Source: an archaeon | Lineage (GTDB): Archaea > Iainarchaeota > Iainarchaeia > Iainarchaeales > CSSED10-239 | Assembly (NCBI GenBank): GCA_035390665.1 | Contig: DAOOUC010000008.1 | Span: forward strand, 1-27,165 | Length of the DNA: 27,165 bases | Direction of reading: 5' to 3' | Shown: positions 1-8,443 of the stretch, in pieces | Layout of the letters: the number at the start of each line of letters is the position of its first letter | How positions within the stretch are numbered: the first letter of the stretch is position 1 | The notes under the pieces: generated by a model | Seen by the model: only the letters and a program-made list of their open reading frames with translations | Told to the model about the DNA's origin: nothing | The model's database searches: none | Made by a program: the position numbers and the translations under genes

Positions 1-108
1 TAATGTGTTTTCTAAAACATTTATTTGAAATTGAACTTGTTGTTTTTGCTGAGACAAAAACATTAATTGTTGCCTATACATGTTTGCTGCATTTTCTTTT
101 TCACTCAT
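1..108 (-). CDS. pfdB: Prefoldin beta subunit, N-terminal fragment (gene runs off the window start)
   Basis: Not in the ORF track because it is truncated. ATG at 108..106 overlaps the TGA stop of the upstream ORF (ATGA). My translation is MSEKENAANMYRQQLMFLSQQKQQVQFQINVLENTL, a Q/L-rich coiled coil like prefoldin beta N-termini. Its position after the Brix and Pcc1-like genes matches the known archaeal exosome superoperon. Confidence 0.55.
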   Translation of the reverse strand, partial: MSEKENAANMYRQQLMFLSQQKQQVQFQINVLENTL

Positions 109-350
109 AAATCCACCTCATAAGTTTTTTTAATCAATTCTAAAAGATTAATATAATGGTTGATTGTTGCTTTGTATGCCACAATATCCTTACATTCAAT
201 ATCAATAATCAATTGCTTCTTTGATATTTTTATTTTTGATTCTGAACGATCATATTTTTTTCTTGTTAATTCTAGTTCTAATAGTTCCTTTAATTTCTTT
301 GGGTTCTTTGTTTCTATTACAAGACTGCTTGAAATTATTTTTCCTATCAT
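105..350 (-). CDS. Pcc1/CTAG-like KEOPS subunit (small alpha/beta protein)
   Basis: 81 aa. The C-terminal pattern LIIDIECKDIVAYKATINHYINLLELI resembles the Pcc1 signature (L.I.I.A.D..ALRA..NS.LR.I). It has 4-nt overlaps with both neighbours and sits in the superoperon slot usually held by Pcc1. Confidence 0.5.
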   Translation of the reverse strand: MIGKIISSSLVIETKNPKKLKELLELELTRKKYDRSESKIKISKKQLIIDIECKDIVAYKATINHYINLLELIKKTYEVDL

Positions 351-799
351 AATTCTTTAACCTTCTTTAAATCAAAAGAAAAGCCTGTTTCTTTTTCTTC
401 TAAAAGAAAACTGAAATTATTGTTGGTTTTTAAAATTCTAATTTGGTTGTCTGTTTCTTTAGTTTTAAATAATTCTTCAATATTTGGTTTTTCTGTTAGC
501 GCTGTGTTTTTTATTTTAGACAAGGACAAATTTAATTTTGTTTTAAGATTTTTAATTTCTAAAGCTTTTTCTAGGAAATAACTGTCTTCTTTTAAAACAT
601 AAACTTCTAAAATCAAATTTTCTTTATTTTTTGAAATAAGCAAAAATTGCTTATAACCAAGATATGCAGACCTTTCAAAAAGCTTCTTTAAACTTGTTTC
701 TCCTCTTGGAATATGCTTAATATCAGAGAAGAAAAGCCCCATGTACTTACAAAACTTTTTTTCTGTAATTTCTGCTTTTCTTGAAGTTGTTATAAACAT
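347..799 (-). CDS. Brix-domain (Imp4-like) ribosome biogenesis protein
   Basis: 150 aa. The N-terminus MFITTSRKAE matches the archaeal Brix start (M.ITTSRKPS). The size and its position after rpoP in the superoperon also fit. Confidence 0.7.
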   Translation of the reverse strand: MFITTSRKAEITEKKFCKYMGLFFSDIKHIPRGETSLKKLFERSAYLGYKQFLLISKNKENLILEVYVLKEDSYFLEKALEIKNLKTKLNLSLSKIKNTALTEKPNIEELFKTKETDNQIRILKTNNNFSFLLEEKETGFSFDLKKVKEL

Positions 800-801
800 A
801 T

Positions 802-930
802 CTAATTTGCTTTTACCTTCTTAACAATTGGTATTCTTTTTTTATAGAAAATTCTACCAGAACAACTTCTACATTTTTTGCTTTCTGGCATATCTTCATA
901 AACTTCATTACATTTGCCACAATAATACAT
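802..930 (-). CDS. rpoP: DNA-directed RNA polymerase subunit P (Rpo12/RpoP), 42 aa
   Basis: Below the ORF-track size cut-off; found by hand. Translation is MYYCGKCNEVYEDMPESKKCRSCSGRIFYKKRIPIVKKVKAN, with a CxxC...CxxC zinc ribbon followed by RI.YK.R as in RpoP/Rpb12. AGGTGA lies 6 nt upstream of the ATG. It fills the gap between eL43 and Brix exactly, the usual RpoP position. Confidence 0.75.
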   Translation of the reverse strand: MYYCGKCNEVYEDMPESKKCRSCSGRIFYKKRIPIVKKVKAN

Positions 931-942
931 TTCCAGTCACCT

Positions 943-1167
943 TTATTTTGCAGCGGTCTTAAATTTATAAGCTCCGCCAGATATCTTTGTGTCGCATTTT
1001 TGACACTTATAGATTCCTGTTGCTACTCTTTTTATTTTATCTTTTGTTCCACAATTTGGACAAATCTTCTTACTTTTGTCTTCTGTTGCTAAAAGAAATT
1101 TCTTTCTAATTCCTACTCCGCCTCTAACTCCATATTTTCCGGTTTTACCTACTTTTTTTGTACTCAT
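943..1167 (-). CDS. rpl37ae: Ribosomal protein eL43 (L37Ae)
   Basis: 74 aa. It has KKVGKTGKYGVRGG, a CPNC...CQKC zinc ribbon and GGAY. The start overlaps the rrp42 stop. Confidence 0.9.
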   Translation of the reverse strand: MSTKKVGKTGKYGVRGGVGIRKKFLLATEDKSKKICPNCGTKDKIKRVATGIYKCQKCDTKISGGAYKFKTAAK

Positions 1168-1973
1168 TGTTTATCACATATTTTATTTTTTATTTCTAAA
1201 TATTTAGCTGTTGCTATATCCATAATCTTATTTATATCTTCTATCTTAAAGGTTCCTTTTCCTCCGCCTTTATGATATGCAACAACATCGTTTTTACAAA
1301 CACCTAATGTAAATCTTGCTTCTGTTGCAAGGTCTTCAACTTCTGTTGTATCTGCAATTATCTTATCTTTATATTTACCGAAAGTAAAAGACACAGCAAT
1401 TTTGTCAAAATCTATATTTAATTTCTTGTCTGTATATTCTTTTAAAATAATATTGTTATTTTCATCAAGTTTTGGAATCTTGGTATCAAGTAATGCAGCC
1501 ATTGCAGCATATTGTGCAGCATCTATTAAATTACCGTCTGCATTCATTGTGTAACAATCAACATAGATTATGAATGATTTTTCTCCTGTAACAATATTAA
1601 GGTCTTTAAAATCAATACATTCACTTGATCTTATAACTCTATCAACAACCCTTCCATATTCCATGGCTTCAAGACTTGGTGGGCCTGTACCTATATCTGC
1701 TGAAGCGATTCCTGACATTTCAAGATTAATTACAATTGAACCTTCATCAGGAGAATCAGTGTATGGAGTTCCAACAGCAAACTTAACACCAGCAATAATT
1801 TCTGTATCTCCAAGTTTTACCCATGCAGAACCGTCTGCTGATTTCATAACTCCTCTTTGGATTTCTATATTTCTATATTCTAATAAATCTCTTCCATCTG
1901 CTCTTTTGGATTCATCTAAAAGTTTCTTTGCTTTTTCTGAATTTATAATTTTAATTATGTCTGTATCACTCAT
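1164..1973 (-). CDS. rrp42: Exosome complex RNase PH-like subunit Rrp42
   Basis: 269 aa. It carries RADGRDLLEYRNIEIQ and ADGSAWVKLGDTEIIAGVK (RNase PH fold, non-catalytic subunit pattern). It follows rrp41 with a 4-nt overlap. Confidence 0.85.
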   Translation of the reverse strand: MSDTDIIKIINSEKAKKLLDESKRADGRDLLEYRNIEIQRGVMKSADGSAWVKLGDTEIIAGVKFAVGTPYTDSPDEGSIVINLEMSGIASADIGTGPPSLEAMEYGRVVDRVIRSSECIDFKDLNIVTGEKSFIIYVDCYTMNADGNLIDAAQYAAMAALLDTKIPKLDENNNIILKEYTDKKLNIDFDKIAVSFTFGKYKDKIIADTTEVEDLATEARFTLGVCKNDVVAYHKGGGKGTFKIEDINKIMDIATAKYLEIKNKICDKQ

Positions 1974-2677
1974 TGTATGTCACCTTCCATTGGGTACTTT
2001 TCTATAAGTGCTTTCTTTTGGATTTCATAAACCATTTCTGCTCCTTTTAATGCTGTTTCTAAGATTTTTGAACAATCTTTTTTATCTACAAATCCGTCCA
2101 TTTGTAATAATGCTAATTCCTTCTGTGGCATTAAAAAAGCACAAGCCATGTCTACTGCGTCTTTTGTATCTTCATCATTTTTGTCCAGATCTAAGACTAA
2201 GGAACCGTCTGCTCTTCCTGCAGCAACAGCACTTATTAATCCTCTCATTGGAAGACCTGCATCTGCGGCAGCAAGACTTGCGGCGGTTAATGCTGCAACT
2301 CTAGTTCCTGCATCTGCAGATAATATTAAAACATTTACATCAATTACAGTATTTGGGAATTGCTCAACCATTACTGCTGCTTCAAGAGCGTGTCCTGAAA
2401 CTAAAGAAATTTCTTTATCTCTTTTCCCTGGGACTGGTGATTTTCGTTCAGTTACAGAAAAACTTGCCATTCTGTATTTATAATCAATAACTGCTTTTGT
2501 AGGGTCTGCTAAATGTTTTGGGAAAATTGGTTTTGGCCCATTAACTGTAGCAATAACTGTATTTTTGCCCCATTCTAAAAAACAAGAACCATCTGCATTC
2601 TTATTTACTCCTAATTTTATACTAATTGGTCTTAGCTCATTTAAAGACCTTCCATCTGGTCGTTTGTTTTGCGACAT
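1970..2677 (-). CDS. rrp41: Exosome complex exonuclease Rrp41 (RNase PH family)
   Basis: 235 aa. It carries RPDGRSLNELRPI and ADGSCFLEWGKNTVIATVNGP, and sits second in the rrp4-rrp41-rrp42 order. Confidence 0.9.
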   Translation of the reverse strand: MSQNKRPDGRSLNELRPISIKLGVNKNADGSCFLEWGKNTVIATVNGPKPIFPKHLADPTKAVIDYKYRMASFSVTERKSPVPGKRDKEISLVSGHALEAAVMVEQFPNTVIDVNVLILSADAGTRVAALTAASLAAADAGLPMRGLISAVAAGRADGSLVLDLDKNDEDTKDAVDMACAFLMPQKELALLQMDGFVDKKDCSKILETALKGAEMVYEIQKKALIEKYPMEGDIQ

Positions 2678-2696
2678 AAATTATTTTCATCTCCTT

Positions 2697-3305
2697 TTAT
2701 GAATTCTTTTTTAAGTATTCTTCAATTGTGTTTGTTAAATTTGATTTTTGAGAATTTGTAATTATTAAATTAATTGCATCCTCTAAAAGACTAAAATTTT
2801 TAGAAACACACCACACCCACCCGTTTCTTCCAACAAGCATATTTGATTGTGTGTATTTTTTTAAAACATTTAACATAGAATCATTTTTTCCAATAAGTCT
2901 TGGAACCTTTACTGAAGGAACAACTAAAATGTTTCCAATTGGCAAGATATTAATATTATCAAGCTCTGTTACATCTACACCATCAACAACTTTAACTCTT
3001 GCAAATAACATCTGCCCAATCTTTAATTCCTTTGTTACTAAAGACTTTGGCAAGAAGCAATCACTGTGAGAGTTTATGTCTATGATGTATCCATTATTTG
3101 TAACATTTTTTATTATACAAACAACTGCATCGTTTACTTCTGGAACATATGGGCCATTTAATGGCACAATAGAAACATAATCTTCTGATTCATTAAGTAT
3201 TCCAAGAACTGAACTGTAAATGCAATTGTCTTTTATAAAAATGTTACCTCCAACTTTCTTTTTTTTGTCTGTTATTAATTCTCCTGGTGTTACTATTCTT
3301 TTCAT
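2697..3305 (-). CDS. rrp4: Exosome RNA-binding cap subunit Rrp4 (S1 + KH domains)
   Basis: 202 aa. It has an N-terminal VTPGE, an S1-like middle region and a KH motif VKVPRLIGKNDSM...VGRNGWVW. An AGGAG Shine-Dalgarno site precedes the next gene. Confidence 0.8.
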   Translation of the reverse strand: MKRIVTPGELITDKKKKVGGNIFIKDNCIYSSVLGILNESEDYVSIVPLNGPYVPEVNDAVVCIIKNVTNNGYIIDINSHSDCFLPKSLVTKELKIGQMLFARVKVVDGVDVTELDNINILPIGNILVVPSVKVPRLIGKNDSMLNVLKKYTQSNMLVGRNGWVWCVSKNFSLLEDAINLIITNSQKSNLTNTIEEYLKKNS

Positions 3306-3318
3306 AAATTTTCACATT

Positions 3319-4014
3319 TTATTGTTTTAAGACATCAACAATTACTGAACCGTGTGTTACATTGTTAAGATCAGTTATTAATTTTGATTTTAACCCAACA
3401 GGGATTGACACTTTTGCAGTTAATCCTCCGCTTGGTAACCACTTCTCTTCAATCAAATCATATCTGTGTATAAGTGAAGTAATCTTTCCAGAATATATTG
3501 CACTTACTTCTATTACCACTGTTATTTTTTCTAAAGATATTGGCATTGCTTTTTTTAAAATCAATAATACTTCATTGATTTCGTCTTCTTTTTTTCTGTT
3601 TAATGTAAATTTGTATTTTGCAGAATCTAATGCATTAATTATTCTTTGAGGAGGTATTGGTGTCATGTCTTTAGGGTCGTGTGCATTCTTTACAATGAAA
3701 TCAATAATTTCATTCTTTCTTCTTTCAAGCATTTCATTTCTTTGAGAGGTCGTTAACTGTACTTCTCCATCAACAATTATTTTTTTTGCAATTGTAAGAA
3801 AATCTGTTGTTTGAAAAACTTCTTTTAATACTTCTTCTGATGCTAATTTTCCTTTTGCTGAATCTGAATAAATTTCTTCCATAGCAAAAAGATTATCTAA
3901 ATTAACTTCTTTTCCGTGTTTATAATCCCAAGCCATGTATGGCTCAACTAATATTTCAAAATGATGAGATTGTCTATCTAATCTTGCAATTACTGCTTCT
4001 TCTAATTTTACCAT
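3319..4014 (-). CDS. sdo1: SBDS/Sdo1 family ribosome maturation protein
   Basis: 231 aa. The N-terminus AVIARLDRQSHHFEILVEP is typical of SBDS, and it holds the conserved superoperon position between psmA and rrp4. Confidence 0.85.
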   Translation of the reverse strand: MVKLEEAVIARLDRQSHHFEILVEPYMAWDYKHGKEVNLDNLFAMEEIYSDSAKGKLASEEVLKEVFQTTDFLTIAKKIIVDGEVQLTTSQRNEMLERRKNEIIDFIVKNAHDPKDMTPIPPQRIINALDSAKYKFTLNRKKEDEINEVLLILKKAMPISLEKITVVIEVSAIYSGKITSLIHRYDLIEEKWLPSGGLTAKVSIPVGLKSKLITDLNNVTHGSVIVDVLKQ

Positions 4015-4027
4015 AATTACTTACCCC

Positions 4028-4753
4028 CTATAACAATTTAGAATATTTCTCTAAAGGAACAATTGAACCGTTAGTTCCATTCTCAACAATATTAATTACT
4101 TCTAAACTTTGTGGATTAAGTTTTTGTTTTGGTTCAAGGTTTAAAGATATTGTTTTTATCCCCATTTCTAATGCGTCTTCAAATGATAAATTTTCTTTAT
4201 AATTTTTTTCTAAAAATTCCATTAATTTTTGTCTGTTCTGACCAATTGCTACTGCCTTGTAAGCCGTTATTGCACCGCTTGGTTCTACTTCAAAAATGTG
4301 TTTGCCTAATGAATCGTATCCTGAGATAATTAAAGAAACCCCAAATGGTCTTCCACCGCCATATTGTGTAAAATATTGAATAACTGATGCGATTTTTTTA
4401 ACAAGAGTTTCAACCTCTATTGGTTGATCAAAGTATGTTCTATTCTCTTGAGCCATTTGTCTTGCATAATCTACAAGTCTTCTCCCATCTCCAATTAATC
4501 CTGCACAAGCAGTCCACATGTGATTGTCTATTTTAAATACTTTTTCTACAGATTCTGGAATTACTAGACTAGAGTGTATTTTTTTATCTGCTATAATTAT
4601 TACTCCTTGCTTATAGATTATAGCCACTGCTGGACTTCCTTTTTCTATAATCTTTGAGGCATAATCTACCTGATAAAGATGTCCTTCAGGACTAAACATT
4701 GTTATTGAACGATCATAACCTGCTGCTGCAGCTCCAAGAGAATTTGGAATCAA
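4028..4753 (-). CDS. psmA: Proteasome alpha subunit
   Basis: 241 aa. It carries GYDRSITMFSPEGHLYQVDYA, the alpha-subunit signature. The start is TTG, preceded by AGGTGA at 4-nt spacing. An AT-rich 103-nt spacer upstream (4754-4856) is the only promoter-sized gap in the 8.4-kb minus-strand block. Confidence 0.9.
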   Translation of the reverse strand: MIPNSLGAAAAGYDRSITMFSPEGHLYQVDYASKIIEKGSPAVAIIYKQGVIIIADKKIHSSLVIPESVEKVFKIDNHMWTACAGLIGDGRRLVDYARQMAQENRTYFDQPIEVETLVKKIASVIQYFTQYGGGRPFGVSLIISGYDSLGKHIFEVEPSGAITAYKAVAIGQNRQKLMEFLEKNYKENLSFEDALEMGIKTISLNLEPKQKLNPQSLEVINIVENGTNGSIVPLEKYSKLL

Positions 4754-4856
4754 TTTTTCACCTATTTTTAAATTTTATAGATATTTATAAATAAAAAAGT
4801 CTATCTAATATATATTATATATAAGAAGTATTAAAAAGGTAATTTTTGGCTAAATT

Positions 4857-5264
4857 TTACCTAAAATACCTTTTTGAAATTTTTGTGAATAAAAGATAAT
4901 AAATTATTGTTCCAGATATTAGAATTAAGATTATATTTGGTAAAATTACATTAATTGTTGTTGTATTTATCATTGCAAGTATTGCTAAAATTATTGAAAT
5001 TAAAGAAATTGTAGCAATTCCCCATCTCGATAAATTCTTTTTTTTCCATATTCCAAGACCTAAACAAAAATGAACAATAGAAATAATTAACATAATTGCG
5101 GCAAATATTAAAGCAGCACCAATTGGCAAAGAAACAAAAGGAGATCCATTGATTGAAATTTTAGGATAAACTATTACCCCTATTCCTAAAAATAAATAAA
5201 GTAAAGAAATAAACCAATAGTATACTGCTATTAGTATTATTCCAATAGGCGTTTTTAATTTCAG
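4857..5264 (-). CDS. Polytopic membrane protein, paralog of the upstream ORF; start codon uncertain
   Basis: The ORF track starts at TTG 5129, but the frame stays open up to 5270. The extra N-terminal segment (KTPIGIILIAVYYWFISLLYLFLGIG) aligns with the N-terminus of the 5267..5698 paralog (KPLGVKVISTYYIIVSALTVLLGI). Both share the motif GLG(I/L)(W/F)K.K..(A/S)R. AAAGGTGA lies 3 nt before an ATT and 6 nt before a CTG. There is no ATG/GTG/TTG in the extension. Confidence 0.5.
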   Translation of the reverse strand: MKLKTPIGIILIAVYYWFISLLYLFLGIGVIVYPKISINGSPFVSLPIGAALIFAAIMLIISIVHFCLGLGIWKKKNLSRWGIATISLISIILAILAMINTTTINVILPNIILILISGTIIYYLLFTKISKRYFR

Positions 5265-5266
5265 AA

Positions 5267-5698
5267 TTATTCACCTTTAATTGCTTTTTTTACTTCTTTA
5301 TTAAATATTAAATACCAAGCAATAAATCCATTTATTAAAAGACCAACAATGTTTGACCATTGCCCTGAAATTAATCCTGTTGTTGCAAAAAAGAAACCAA
5401 ATAAGGAAAATAAAATTATTGTATATCTTGCCCAAGATTTTAATTTAAATAACCCGATTCCAAGAATAATTCCAAGAAGTCCAAATATTATGAAGAAAAT
5501 ACCTGTTACTAAAATTGCTTTTACTGCAATACTTGGTTCAATTGTTGCAAATTCTGGAGTTGATTGCAATACATATTCTCTTATCTTTGAAGGAAAACTT
5601 GACATTATTATTCCCAAAAGAACAGTAAGTGCTGAAACAATTATATAATATGTTGATATTACCTTTACGCCTAATGGCTTTATTTTATTTTTATTCAT
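5267..5698 (-). CDS. Polytopic membrane protein (about 4 TM), unknown function
   Basis: 143 aa and hydrophobic. Its ATG overlaps the pop5 stop (ATGA at 5695-5698), so it is translationally coupled to an RNase P subunit gene. Confidence 0.6.
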   Translation of the reverse strand: MNKNKIKPLGVKVISTYYIIVSALTVLLGIIMSSFPSKIREYVLQSTPEFATIEPSIAVKAILVTGIFFIIFGLLGIILGIGLFKLKSWARYTIILFSLFGFFFATTGLISGQWSNIVGLLINGFIAWYLIFNKEVKKAIKGE

Positions 5699-6036
5699 CT
5701 GAATTCTCCTTTTAATTTTTTTATTGTACTCTTTACTTCTAAAACTTTTATTAATCCTGTTTCGTTTTGTGCGAAAAACAAAGATCCAATAAATTCATCT
5801 AAATATTCTTTGTTTATTCTTATTAATATGGTTTGTGTTTTAGTGTCTATTTCTAAAATTGTAATATTACATTCTGTTTGAACAAATATTCCGCAAGTTT
5901 TTTGTAAACTTTGAGTTAAAACTGAATATATCTTTTTTGACTCAAGACTTATCTCTGGATTAATCAATTTTATTAGCACATATCTTTTCTTGTGTCTTAA
6001 GGTTGGCCTTATTACTCCTAGTTTTGTTTTTTTCAT
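5695..6036 (-). CDS. rnp2: RNase P protein component Pop5 (Rpp14/Rnp2)
   Basis: 113 aa. It carries LRHKKRYVLIKL near the N-terminus (Pop5 hallmark R.K.RY), and its size and superoperon context fit. Confidence 0.75.
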   Translation of the reverse strand: MKKTKLGVIRPTLRHKKRYVLIKLINPEISLESKKIYSVLTQSLQKTCGIFVQTECNITILEIDTKTQTILIRINKEYLDEFIGSLFFAQNETGLIKVLEVKSTIKKLKGEFR

Positions 6037-6617
6037 TTTATTTCTCTTGAATTTAAAAATTTATTAATTGTTTCTTTTTCTAAATTAAAGTTTTTTAGAA
6101 AATTATTTAAAATCTCATCATCAATTAAATCTTTTGATTTTTTAGAAAGAGTTACAAATCTCATTTCTATGTTTTTGGATTTTAAAAGAGAAATTATAAA
6201 TGCCATTTGCTTTATTGCTCTATATTGGTTTGTTCTAATTTCATTAATATTAAAATAAATTGTTTTTTTGTTTTGTTTCGCAATTTCTGCTAAGCCTTCA
6301 TCAAAGCAAAGTTCTGAACCTATTGGATTAAGTAAATCAATTGCGCCTTTTGTGCTTATTGCATTTGTATTTGTTTTTAGGTCTCCGCCTTCAAAAAGAA
6401 TTATTGCATCATTTTCTTTAATTGATTTAATTAGATTTGTGTCTTCTAAAATAAATGCTTTTTTCAAATTTATGTTTTTAAATTTAGGCAAATCAAAATT
6501 TGTGTCTTCTTTTTTTTTAATTTTTTTATAAACATAAATATCTGTATAACCTAAAGATAATAAAATTTCTTCAATATTTTTCTCTTTTAATAGTTCTTCG
6601 CTAATTATATCAAACAT
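6033..6617 (-). CDS. rnp3: RNase P protein component Rpp30 (Rnp3)-like
   Basis: 194 aa. It overlaps pop5 by 4 nt and holds the Rpp30 slot in the superoperon. There is weak motif similarity (AIDLLNP...FDEGLAEIAKQN). The call rests mainly on context. Confidence 0.55.
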   Translation of the reverse strand: MFDIISEELLKEKNIEEILLSLGYTDIYVYKKIKKKEDTNFDLPKFKNINLKKAFILEDTNLIKSIKENDAIILFEGGDLKTNTNAISTKGAIDLLNPIGSELCFDEGLAEIAKQNKKTIYFNINEIRTNQYRAIKQMAFIISLLKSKNIEMRFVTLSKKSKDLIDDEILNNFLKNFNLEKETINKFLNSREIK

Positions 6618-6619
6618 TT

Positions 6620-8305
6620 TTACATTCTCTCAGGTATTTTTATTCCTAATATTCCTAATGCATTTTCTAAAACCACAAGATAGCCTCTTATAAGAAAAAC
6701 TCTTTGATTTTGTAAATCCAAGTCGCTTGAAATTACAGGACAATTTACGTAAAATTTGTTAAAAGCGTGTGAAAGTTCTAGGCAATAACCTGCAATGGTA
6801 TTTGGTTTATATTCTTGTGCAGAAAATTTAACCTTGTCTGGAAATTGATATAAAAGATCCAATAACTTTTTTTCTTCAGTACACAAATTAAGTTTTTTTG
6901 GAAAATTCTCCTCTTTTATTTTTCTTAAAATGCTTTTTGCACGAACTCCACTATATTGGACATAAACAGAAGAATCTCCTTGTAAATCTAAAGCCGAATT
7001 AATATCAAACACAAAGGTTTTATTAAAATTAATTTTTAACATTTCGAATTTTATTGTTCCATAGACTATTGCTGAAACAATTTTATCGTCAACTTCTAAA
7101 TTATTTTCTATTAGTATTTCTTCTGCTCTTTTTTTTAACATATCTCTAAAGTCTTCGTAAAGCACCATCTCTCCCTCACGAGATGCCATTTTTCCTGTAG
7201 TTAGATTTACCATACCAAGAGAAAGGTGTTTGTGATTAGTTTGGGGGTATATTTTAGAAAAAAGATAAAACATTTGTCTTAAATAAAAATCTTGCTCGCT
7301 TCCTACAACATACAAAAAATTATTTGCATTAGGATATCTTTCTTTTTTTACTTTTACTAATGCAATGTCTTTTGCAGCATATAATGGCGCGCCGTTATGC
7401 TTTATTAAAACAACAACATCAAGTTTTTGATCTTTAAGGTCTGCAATAACGGCCTCTTGACTTTCTTTAAATAAAGCTTTATATTCCTGGAAAAGTGAAT
7501 CTTTTATTTCTAGAAATTTTTGTTCTGTTTCACTTTCAAAAAATTTATCTTTAAGGTTTATTTCTAATTCGTCTTTAACTTGCATATATGCATTGAAACT
7601 TTCGTCTCTTAATTTTTTTATTTTTTCTTTTAATTCCTTGTCTGTTAAAATCTGTTTTTGAATATCGCTTATTTCTTTAGTTGATTCTGGTATTTCTTTT
7701 GCTTTTTCTCCTGCTCTTAAATATATTTGGCCAAACCATTTTGCTACGTCTTTTTTAGGAATCTTTTGCTCAACAGGCGAAAGGAACTTAGAATAATACC
7801 AGTACCATTTAGCAACATGTGTACCAACATCTCCGCCATAATAAACAGAGATTGGCTCTTCTCCACTAAATTCTAATAATCGGTCTATTGCATTACCACC
7901 AACAATCATTCTTAAATGGCCTACATGAAGGGTTTTGAATGTGTTTGCATTAAAAGTATCAATAATAAATTGTTCTTTCTTTTCCTTAATTATCCTTCCA
8001 TAATTTTTTTTCTTTTCTAAAATTTCAGTAATTGTTTCTTTGTAAAGTATTTCTTGTTTTATCATAGCATTAACATATCCATTAATTTCAGAAAATATAA
8101 AAATATCTGAATGCAATTTATCTTTGAGATCTTTTGCAATATCTATAGGAGATTTTTTCAAATCTTTAGCCAGACTAAAACAAGGAAACGAAAGATTGCC
8201 TAAATTAGAATCTGGTGGCAATTCTATATATCTAATAATCTCTTGCTTATCTCTATCTATTGTCTTTGACAAACAATTAGCAAATTCTTCTTTAAAGTTA
8301 ATCAT
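6620..8305 (-). CDS. argS: Arginyl-tRNA synthetase
   Basis: 561 aa. It carries the class I HIGH variant HVGHLR and the ArgRS-type GKMASREGE in place of KMSKS. The overall length and an anticodon-binding C-terminus ending in M also fit. Confidence 0.92.
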   Translation of the reverse strand: MINFKEEFANCLSKTIDRDKQEIIRYIELPPDSNLGNLSFPCFSLAKDLKKSPIDIAKDLKDKLHSDIFIFSEINGYVNAMIKQEILYKETITEILEKKKNYGRIIKEKKEQFIIDTFNANTFKTLHVGHLRMIVGGNAIDRLLEFSGEEPISVYYGGDVGTHVAKWYWYYSKFLSPVEQKIPKKDVAKWFGQIYLRAGEKAKEIPESTKEISDIQKQILTDKELKEKIKKLRDESFNAYMQVKDELEINLKDKFFESETEQKFLEIKDSLFQEYKALFKESQEAVIADLKDQKLDVVVLIKHNGAPLYAAKDIALVKVKKERYPNANNFLYVVGSEQDFYLRQMFYLFSKIYPQTNHKHLSLGMVNLTTGKMASREGEMVLYEDFRDMLKKRAEEILIENNLEVDDKIVSAIVYGTIKFEMLKINFNKTFVFDINSALDLQGDSSVYVQYSGVRAKSILRKIKEENFPKKLNLCTEEKKLLDLLYQFPDKVKFSAQEYKPNTIAGYCLELSHAFNKFYVNCPVISSDLDLQNQRVFLIRGYLVVLENALGILGIKIPERM

Positions 8306-8322
8306 AGTTTTTACCTTTAAAG

Positions 8323-8395
8323 CGAGTCCGGAGGGATTCGAACCCTCGACCCACAGCTTAGAAGGCTGTTGCCCTATCCACTAGGCCACGGACCC
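8323..8395 (-). tRNA. tRNA-Arg (anticodon UCU), no encoded CCA, no intron
   Basis: Folded by hand as GGGTCCG TG GCCT AGTGGATA GGGC A ACAGC CTTCTAA GCTGT GGGTC GAGGG TTCGAAT CCCTC CGGACTC G. All four stems pair, with one G-U in the acceptor stem. Confidence 0.9.
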
Positions 8396-8443
8396 ACAAT
8401 CAATATATAAATAAGAAAGAAAATAAATAAAAAGAAACTCTTT

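Noticed and set aside
1570-2483. Plus-strand ORFs of 98-145 aa (1570..2007, 2008..2304, 2148..2483) antisense to rrp41/rrp42
   Set aside because: They lie entirely within strongly supported minus-strand genes. Their composition (L/S/F-rich, or the A/S-rich mirror of a G/A-rich gene) is low-complexity shadow-frame sequence, with no Shine-Dalgarno site or recognisable motif. The same reasoning applies to the other antisense track ORFs, for example 160..360, 3362..3649, 5349..5648, 9483..9827, 12950..13222, 15063..15326, 16668..16922, 17265..17567, 20369..20656, 22522..22818 and 24296..24538.
8323-8443. tRNA genes (here and at 17515-17585) as integration sites of a genomic island or provirus
   Set aside because: There is no integrase, transposase or phage-like gene nearby. 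I saw no duplicated copy of either tRNA 3' end that would mark an att site, though this was not exhaustively searched. Flanking genes are core housekeeping genes.
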